From: Monocercomonoides exilis PA203
Lineage: Eukaryota > Protista > Preaxostyla
Length of the DNA: 64,000 nt
Direction of reading: 5' to 3'
NCBI GenBank assembly: GCA_001643675.2
Contig: LSRY02000050.1
Location: 496,001 to 560,000, forward strand
Within the stretch, counting starts at the first letter, position 1, and each line of letters begins with the position of its first letter. A program made the translations under genes and the position numbers. Positions 55,001-64,000 of this stretch are shown in pieces. The notes under the pieces are model-generated. The model was not told the origin of the DNA, did not search any database, and saw only the letters and a program-made list of their open reading frames with translations.

Positions 55001-57454
55001 AGTGTGAAGGTGAGAGGAGGAGGGATGATGGTTGAAGCACTTGACCCGAATGAGGGTGGAACCAGTGCACTTGGGCCTGTTGGGATAAAGATGGAGAATG
55101 TGAGGTTTTTGGGGAACGAGGCGTTTGTGGAGAAGGATGTGTTCATCAAGTGCCACTCGATTGGGAAACAGATCAATAAAACGATGTTTGTGCTGGACTT
55201 CGAGCAGGATGCACTGAAGGGGAAGAACTCGATGTGTGGGAGCGATGGAGAAGGGAAAGTTGATGTTGATTTGATTCCGCTGATCACATTCTTTCACTCA
55301 GCTCAGGTGTTTGTGAGTGTAAATGAAAACGATAGCAGACAGTGTGGAGCACAGAATTATCCGTGCCAGAGCATAAGTTGTGGTTTTAAACATATTGAGA
55401 GAAGCGTAGCAAATATGATTTTAATTCATGGAGAATGCATGATTTGTGGATGGTGTGAGATAGGAGATTTGAATGTGAAGTCGGTGAAGAAGGCAAAATC
55501 CACAATCCATTTTGAGGGGAAGATGGGGGACAGAGGAGAGGAGAGGAGCATGATGGTGTTTGTGAATGAGTGTGTTGTGGAGAGGTGCAAGTTTGTGTTT
55601 GGAGAGGCATTTGAAGGGGTTGAAGAGAGTGTGGGAAAAGATCTCATCAGTAGTCGTGAAAATGATGTCGAGGTGAGCGAGTTAAATTTATTTAGGAATG
55701 AAGAATTTCCTTCTTCAGCACAGCCATTTGTTATGAAGAATACAAGTGAAACAAAGGGAAATGGAAATGAAATAATGTCAAAAGGAGAGGATAAATTTGA
55801 ATGGAGTTTATTTGCCTTTATTGAATGTATTGTGATTGGTGTGATTCTATTAGTTGTGATTGTTGCGGTGTTTGTGCTAATGAGAAAGAAATTAAGGGAA
55901 GCAGAAAAGAGAGTTGAGAAAGAAAGATTTGAAAACGAGCAGATAATGGGAAAGATAGAGAGAAGAAGAAGGAAGAAAAATTTGAGAATATCTCAGTGTA
56001 TATTGAAGCAAGCTTGATGAAGATGGATGGAGCTGAAAGAAGGTTGAGTGTGCTGAACTGCTCTTTTGCGAAATGTCGGAGTACAAACAAGAAAGGAAGA
56101 ACGATGAGGATATGTGAGTGTGTAGATGTGAGAGTTGGATTGTGTGTTATTGATGGAGAGGAAGGAGATGAAAAAGAAGGAAAGCATGGGAATGAGGATA
56201 ATGGAAGAGGGAAAGAGATCTTCAGATGAGATGGATCTCTTGTGGATGTCGTGTAAAGTTCTGTTTTGATGAAAGGCACAACAATCTCGAATTCATCAGA
56301 AGGTGGAATAACAATGAGTGGAGAAAATATGTAGATAAAAGTCATAAACGTTTAACATTATTTACTGAGACTTTTTCACTTTATTGCAACAATAATTTAG
56401 CAATTTTCTTATTGTTCTCATAAAATTGGAAATGTTTTTGTTTGTGTAAAGGAAATACATCTTTATTTGTATCTTTGCAATTATTGTTTGATGTTTATAA
56501 AACAATTTTAAGAATGAAATGAATATATTATTTGTGAAAAAGATATGATCTTTATAATTTCTAAAGCAGTTTCAATATTTTTCAATCAATTATTTATTCA
56601 CTTTGCTTGCAAATTATAATTATTCTACAACAAATTTTTATCATCATCCGTTACACTAGGATCAAGAAAACAAAGAACAAATTCAAAAATGACTTTTCAA
56701 TGAATGAAATATAAACATTTCTAAACGATTGATCAATTAAAAACTTCTTTGCTGAAACATACTGTAATAATTCCTTTCTTTTTGTTTTAATCATGCAGAG
56801 TTCAAAAATGAAAGATAAAATAATGTAAGTATATGTCAGTTTTTCAAAGTTTCAATTAAATTGAACAATTTTTATCCAGTCAGAGTATAAACAAAACTTT
56901 TTCAATACATTGCCATCTTTATTGAAATGTATCTCCAGTTGCATCTTAAAAATAAAGCGTATATCAATAAGTTTTCTGGACATAAGAATGAAAGCATTAT
57001 TTACCATTGAACATTCACAAGCGTAATTTCATATAAATAAACAAACACGAAAGTGTTCGATTTACTAATGTTTAGGTTCTATTTAAACCAAAATTACATA
57101 TTCAACTTATGCATATATTTATAAATTTATTGTGGGTTAGATCAAAGATATTTAATTAAAAATTTTTTATGATCATTATTGTTAATGATGAAAATTAACA
57201 ATTAAAATATGTCTATATAATAATGCAAACACTTTTGTTTCGAAAAAATCACGTTTTCTTTATTATTTGAATATCATTTAATGAAATTCATGTTTTTATG
57301 GGTCATTTTTCAAATATCATTTTTTTCAACAAGAAAAATTTTTTTCGAAAAATCGGTCCATAAAAAGTTTTTTAAAAATTATTACCTATTTATTCATCAT
57401 AATTTTAATGCCTAAAAACGCAATTTACAAAAGGAGCGCATTTAGTCCTATGCC
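52002..57454. mobile_element. Non-autonomous cargo-carrying DNA transposon copy 2 (Merlin-like), 5453 bp, opposite orientation to copy 1
   Basis: TIRs at 52002-52360 and 57096-57454 (359 bp, GGCATAGG...CCTATGCC). 8-bp TSD CAGTCACG at 51994-52001 and 57455-57462. Confidence 0.93.
52822..56330 (+). pseudogene. Cargo of copy 2: paralogous surface-protein fragment with a stop, frameshifts and a swapped-in TM segment
   Basis: ORFs 52867-53394, 53407-54903, 54836-56017 and 55996-56229 are colinear with the copy-1 cargo (FNMSNYQIKK, GYVIPLVVYLW.NWS, KNSMCGSDGEGKVDVDLI, MKMDGAER). Confidence 0.85.
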
Positions 57455-57483
57455 CAGTCACGTAGAATCTGAAAAAAAATAGA

Positions 57484-60400
57484 ATGTTCCCAAGCTTTCC
57501 ATTCAGCACCGGATCCGTGTTGAATTCTGCCACATCAATGATGTCAGATGGACTTTCGGGAGAGATATTTTCAAGTGTGATTTCTCATTCCAGTTCTGAA
57601 TTTTCCCAACAGATCCCGGGAGCTTCAGAAGCAAAAGAAAGCCATGGCGAGGATAGTTTGCTGCTAGAAAAAAGTTTTAAAACAATATTTCTTAGAGATC
57701 CAGATTGCAGCTTATATGATATGGACTTACCTGAAAGATATTTGGAAGATCTTATTATTGACCTGAAGGAAGATGATTTAAGTCCATTTCTGCCAAAGGC
57801 TCCTCCTACAGCTTCGAGAACAGATAATTGGATGAATGACTCATTGGATAAGGCAGGCGAGCACACTGAAGCATATCTATATCCAGCCATTAAAATTCTA
57901 TTTTTCACACATGCGAAATTAAAAGAAAAAAATGACGAAAAAGGGTCAATTGCAGATGCAATTTTATAAGTTTCAAAAGCTCTGAAGGAAGCAAGATCTG
58001 TAAGAATTCAAGGAAGATTCGGCTTTAGGGCAGCTGCACAGATGCAGGAGAGCTCATCTGCCAGTCTTCTTACTCAAAGGCAATCAGAAGTTCTGGAAGA
58101 ATGGAGAAAAACAGAAAAGAATCAACAATTCAAGCTGCAAACAACGAGCTGGCCTATGACAAGAAGTTCGTTAAGAGCCAGAACAATTCCAACCAGAAGA
58201 TCAGTAAGCCACAGATTTTTTCAAGCAGCTCCCCGGTTGTCAAGACAACAAAACCAAATCCGACTGCGACCAAGAGCTTCAGGCTTCACGAAAAGAAAAC
58301 GATCAGGGGAGCGAAAATTCCAGTAAAAGAAAGAACAGCATCCAACAGCCCGCAGAAGTCCAACAAGAGGAGATGGTTGGAGGAAGAACTTGTTTATTTC
58401 GAGAAGAATGTGAAAAAAATAGGAGGAGCACGCATTATTGGGAAAGGAGGAATCCCTGTTTGGAGGAGCAAAGCTGCGAAGGAATCACTCAAGAAAACAG
58501 GAGTATTCAACCCTTTGGAGCATCAGAGTCAAGAAGCCCAACAAGCCTTTTCAGAGATGATAAAGAAGCAACTAGAAACAAATATCATCAAGCCGATTCA
58601 GGAGAAGGATGTGAAGCATTTGAATCCAGTGTTTGTAATCAGAAAGAAAGACGGTGGCTGGAGGCAAATCGTGGATTATCGTAGACTGAACAATGCAATC
58701 AAGGCAATACATTGCAAGCAAGAAGATCTCAGAACAGTGGAGAAAATTAAACAAGAAAAGGATTACGCAGTCACGCTGGACTTGAGCCAAGCAAACTATC
58801 TTATAAAAGTCAGCGAAGAATTATCTCCATTCCTTTCGTTCGTTTCCAAAGGAATTCACTTCGCTTTCCACGGAATGCCTTTCGGTTACAAAGATGCTCC
58901 TCGAACGTTCACAAAAGTGATGAGAAAAGTTCAAAAATATATGAGGGAGGAATGGAACGCGAGAGCCATTGCATACCTGGACGATATTGTTCTTTTTCAT
59001 CCAGACCCGCAGGAACTCAATATTATAGTGGAGAAAACTCTTTCGATGTTCAACAAATGGGGACTATTGGTCAATTCAGAAAAATGTCATTTAATTCCAA
59101 GTCAGCAGTTCAAATTTTTGGGCTTCCAATGGGATACCATTCAGTTTGTGGTACAGATAGAGGAATCGAAGAAAACAGAGCTGATGAAAGAGTGCAAGAA
59201 ATGGAGGAGGATTGCCCAGTTCAACAGAGTTGTTTCGACAAAAAAGTTTGCCTCGTTGATAGGGAAACTGAATGTGAATGCATCGATAACAAAATGCCTC
59301 GGGAAGTGGAGCGAAAGGCTGAAAGAGAACCAACCAAGGAAATTGAATCCAGTATTTCGACCAGAAGCAATTCTGACAACAGATGCATCAGGGTTTGCCA
59401 TAGGCGCAACACTGTGAGTCAACAATCAAATGCTGGACTTTTTCAAACCTCTTCCACCTCCAGTCAGAAACCAAAGTTCAAATTACAGAGAGTTATTTGC
59501 GATAAATCAAGCCATCGCGCATTTCTCAAATTCCATTCGAAATCAAGAAATAAGAAATCTGCTTATTCGATCAGACAACACAACAGCAGTTTGCAATTTG
59601 AATCGATGGGGAGCGGGTCCGAATCTCAGAACCTTTCTGAAGAAAATATGGAATCAAACCCAAGCGCTGAAAGTGGTTGTGAAAGCTCAACATATTCCTG
59701 GAGAGAGAAACGTCAGAGCATATGGCCTATCGAGATTGGCAAAAGGAGGAGATTACGAAGTCGAACAAAAAGCACTCCAAGAGATTACCAATCAGCTTCA
59801 GATGCACATCACACTCGATTCTGTCGCAACAAAAGAAAACACAAAATCAACAAGATGGTGCGGACCAGGAAGCAATCTGAGTCAAGACGGGTTACAAATT
59901 TCTTGGAGAAACGAGACAGTTCTTGCGCATCCACCAGTTCCTTTGATTCCAGCAGTGATCCGAAAAGCAGCGATGGAGAAAGCTCGAGTTCTTCTTCTTC
60001 CCGATTGGAAGGGTCAGATATGGGAACCTCTTCTGAACAACACAAATCACATCTCTTGGACATGGAGGAGAACGGAGGAGATAATAAGGGAAGGAAGATG
60101 GACAAAGCAAATGAATGCAACGCTTCTTCTTGGAAGACTGAGGATATGCGTAATCAATCCATAACCGAAAATGGAGAATCGTGGTGGAACGAGATTTTAG
60201 CATCAAGAAGCATGTCACGTGAACTGGCTGAAGAGTGCAAAAACAGTGTCGCAAGTGCCACATGGATGGGATACACTGATGGTTTCGCGCATTTCAAAGA
60301 CGGATGGGATCGGTTGAAATTCAAAGACATCCCTTCAAAATTTCAGATTTGGCAAAAAAGATGCTTGGATGTGTTTGTCGCCTTGAAAAACAACGAAATG

Positions 60401-61482
60401 AAAGCTTCTTCATTGAAAATCGTCAGATCTGCCATTTCCTTCCTAACATCAGAATTATACGGAAAATCACTTTGGGAGAACACATTGATCTCAATTCTGT
60501 TCTGATCATTCAGGAGATCGGAATGCAGAAAGAAAAAGAACAAGAAGATATGTGGAATCCTCAACAACTCTTCACATATATTGAAACGATTGGAAAGAAC
60601 GAAAATATGTCATTCGCACAGCTAACGAGAAAAACAGTTTGTTTGTGTATGTTGTTCTCTGCGTGCCGCTTTACAGAATTTGAAAGAATCAATCTTAAGG
60701 AATCAGAAATAGATAAGCAATCAATAAACCTGAATGCTTCACTAAAAACTGGACTTGATAGAAGCAACATTGTCATCCCATTCCTCAGCAAGGAAAGTTT
60801 GATATGTCCAACAACAGCCGTTAAAGATTTATGTGATCGAGTGAAAATTCACAATCCAACTGCCAAAAAACTTTTTCTGAGCTCTTCAACATATGATCCA
60901 ATGAAGGCCCGAGCAATTCGAAAAGTGGCCAGCGAAATGATGAAAGATGCAAGAGTCTTTTCGAACAACAGCCCAAACACATTGAAACACGCCTCGATAT
61001 CAGCCTTTGTAATGGAGGGAACACCAGTTGAACAGGTGGCAAAATTTGCAAGATTATCTCCCAGAAGCAACACAGTGATTAAACATTATTTCAAATCCAA
61101 CATATCAAACAAGATGTCACAGATAATTTCATCGAATCAGGAGACAAAGGAAGCAATTCAACAGCCTTCCACGGTTCCTCCATCTGCATCGACACAAGAC
61201 GAAAAAGATTCCATCATTACCATCAATCAACAATCACGTTTGCCAGAAGGCCATGAAACAGTGAAAGCAAGAGAAGAGATCTCACAACCAGACCGTATCG
61301 AAGAACCAGATGATGATAAGTCTCAATCCATCCACGAAAAGCAAGAAAATACCACGAACAATGTTAACGAGAAAAACGAAAACGAAATCATAGAAGAAAA
61401 ATGCATCCAGTTTATTATTCGAACAAGATCACAGAGAAGAAAAGAAATGGTGGAAAGAGACAATTCGGAAAGAAATCCATAA
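57484..61482 (+). mobile_element. DIRS-type tyrosine-recombinase retrotransposon (gag-like, RT, RNase H, methyltransferase-like, YR), degenerate
   Basis: RT: NPVFVIRKKDGGWRQIVDYRRLN, GMPFGYKDAPRTF, AYLDD, FLGF. RNase H: TTDAS, NYREL, RSDNTTAV, HIPGERN. Methyltransferase-like: W....LAHPPVPLI. YR: SACRFTE...LKHASIS...KHYF. ORFs overlap and carry frameshifts and stops. Confidence 0.9.
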
Positions 61483-63056
61483 CGTCCAATTATTACAAAC
61501 TCTCAGATCGAAGAGAAGAAAGTGAATTTCATATTATCTTTTTCAATATATTTTTGAAATTCGCAATATTAACCAACCAATTATCAAAGAAAAGAACACA
61601 AAGAAATAGAAAAATATGAAGTTCCAAATGAGGCAATACCATTTTTTTCAATAAGCTTTTCTTCTCGCCTCTCTGATTGAAGCAGTCTGCCTTTCATCAT
61701 TTCTTCCCAACCATTTATTTTTTATTAGCAAAAGTCAAAAGAACTTCTGTGCAACACTAAAAGTGAAAGAAAAAAAGAGATAGAATAGAAAGGAAAAAAT
61801 TAGAAATTATCATTGCAAAAAATGTTGCATTTATTTTTATTTTTGATGATCTCTTTCTTTCTTTCTTTTTCTTTTGTTAATTTTTCAAAAAAAAAACATT
61901 GCAAATGCAACAATAAATTGGATAACACACCTTAATTAAATCAAACATTTCTATCGCTATCTGTTCTGTCTTTTTGATTCGTTTCCTCTTCTTCCATGTG
62001 GCTTCAAGGTTTGCCTCGAAATCCACACAGAAATAGGTGAATCAACAATAACCATCAAAACAACCCAAAATGATGACTTTCAACAAAATGCAACAAGCAT
62101 CTTTACCGATAAATACACGTCAAGTGGTAATCACCATCAAACGATAAATGTGTTGAAATGAATTCAAAATCCCGCATGTGCTTGGTTCCGCATATTGCAT
62201 TAATCTTTCTTCGCCATCTCCACTTTGTTCATCTTCACTCATCCTCTAAGCCTTTTGGAATAAAATCTCTTTCAATGCTCAATAAACGATGCTGTCCATT
62301 GTTGCCTTGATAAATTCTCTCATGCGTTCAATTATCATGCGCCCAATCACCAAAAAACTGCGAATTGCTGAAAGCTTGATTCCCTCCATCAATCTTCCTT
62401 CAGCCTGGATGGCCCACTCAAGTCACGAACAAATAACAAAATTATCCTGATATCTCAAAACTTTTCTCAACACATTAAATTTGAAATATGCACTGAAACC
62501 AGCAAACACTCTGAAATAACAGAAAAAATCATTTCTGACAAGGAAAGCTTCCAGAAAACTCTAAATGTGAGGGAAATAAGTGTAATATTTATGTTTGAAT
62601 TTTAATCTGCAACAATGTTTAAATGCACAGTTTAATGTGCAAATTGTTGCTTTTTTGTCTCTTCTTCGAAAAGTTCTTTTCAAAGTCCTTTCGCTTCTTC
62701 TTCATACTGCTCAGAATGTTAAAATAGATATTTTATTTTAATACTCAATTCCAGACATGTGGGATACTTTCCGACATGTTCAACTATTCATCGATGTTCA
62801 ATCCATTTCAATGAAATGAATTATTGTTGGTTCGATCAGACAGAAAATAAACTCTTTCGTATTTGGCTAAATACGACCAATATTTCAGCTTCTTTGCGAT
62901 TTCTTTTTTGACGCAGATTTTTATTAAACAAAGGAATTGAGTTTGACAATTATATTTTAATTTTGCCAATTATCAACAATGTTTGTTTTTCTGTTTGTTT
63001 TTCTGTTTTTCATTTGAAATTTTGCGGTAAATTGATCTTTGCTAATAATAGACAGA

Positions 63057-64000
63057 ATGAAAATGTGTGATGAAGACAAATCCAATGATGATATCCAGGA
63101 GCCGACTCTTGAAGATAAATTTTCAAGTTTGCTCATTTTGCTATTTTTTGAGTGTTCAGCACTTTTTATCTAAATAAATTTATTGAAGAATTGTTTTGTG
63201 AACTGGAGCATTGCAATGAAGATGAGCAGAGAAAGATAATTGAAGAAATGAACGGACTTGTGAAGGAAGTGAATGAAGAAGAACATAAATCTATTTTCAC
63301 AACAAGAATGTTCGACAAAATATACAAAATGATTGAAGAAAAGAAAATGACAATGGAGAATGCAATTTTGCTGCTGAAGCATGTTGGGCATTGCAAGGTG
63401 CTGAAAAATGTGTGGAATCCATGCTTTGATTCGTCTTCGCTGAACAAAAGATTTGAAAAGATGATTTTTGAAGAAGAGAAGAAAGAAGAAAAGAATGAAA
63501 AGCTTCTTGTTGATCTGTGCGAATGCTATCTTTTGCTTGGCAACCAGTTCAATTCGGAGTTGATATTAATATGTGTGCCTTGCCTTTTGAAAGCTGCTTT
63601 AAACAAGGAGGAAAATGAAAAAGCGCAAAAAGATGTGGAAATTGCTTTGCTGGCTTTGAACAATGTTGGATATTGCGTATGAGCACTTCTTTTTGATATT
63701 TTTTATGTTTTTTCCCTTTGTTTCTGACTAGGAAATTGAACAAGAATTATATTTGAATGAGACCAAAGAAATAATTGAATATCATCAGGAGCATCGGAAT
63801 CTGACACAACTTGCACATCATTCTGCATGGGACTTTTTGCTTTTCCGATTTTTGGATGACTATAGCTTAGAGGGAGAGATTGTGAATGAGCTGCATTTTG
63901 GAAGAGAAGCAGCAAGAGAATTGGAAGAATTATTGAAGTATGTTGATTGGAACAGAAAAAAAGGAGAGGAAAGAGGAATGTTAGCGAAAGAAGAACTAAT
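63057..64000 (+). CDS. Alpha-helical family paralogue with two introns (runs off the window end)
   Basis: ATG at 63057. GT-AG introns at 63127-63188 and 63677-63731 restore one frame (EDKFS/KLFCELEHC...VGYC/EIEQELYL...HHSAW), matching the intron positions seen in the paralogues. Confidence 0.8.

Noticed and set aside
1-64000. TAA/TAG-to-Gln alternative genetic code, CRISPR arrays, rRNA or tRNA genes
   Set aside because: Long ORFs are open under the standard code and many interrupting stops are TGA or accompany frameshifts. No repeat-spacer array or recognisable structural RNA gene was seen.

Overview
AT-rich eukaryotic DNA with GT-AG introns, microsatellites and apparently the standard genetic code. 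The expanded gene families resemble those of the oxymonad Monocercomonoides; this is an inference I cannot verify here. The window is mostly transposon remains plus two multicopy host families: Cys/Gly-rich beta-helix-like surface proteins with a CGxxxxPC motif, and an alpha-helical 'EKxxxLLxDLCECYL' family. Main finding: two related ~5.4-kb non-autonomous DNA transposons (44175-49544 and 52002-57454). Each has long terminal inverted repeats (TIRs; 469 and 359 bp) starting GGCATAGG and a perfect 8-bp target-site duplication (TSD; CTGCAAGC and CAGTCACG). Neither encodes a transposase; both carry the same captured ~3.4-kb fragment of a surface-protein gene. GG..CC ends with 8-bp TSDs fit Merlin/IS1595, and a decayed Merlin transposase lies at ~35.4-36.2 kb, suggesting a 'Pack-Merlin' gene-shuttling system. 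Also present: an apparently intact USP deubiquitinase fused to a Sola-like DDD transposase, two DIRS-type tyrosine-recombinase retroelements, pogo and hAT relics, and MITE/foldback elements.
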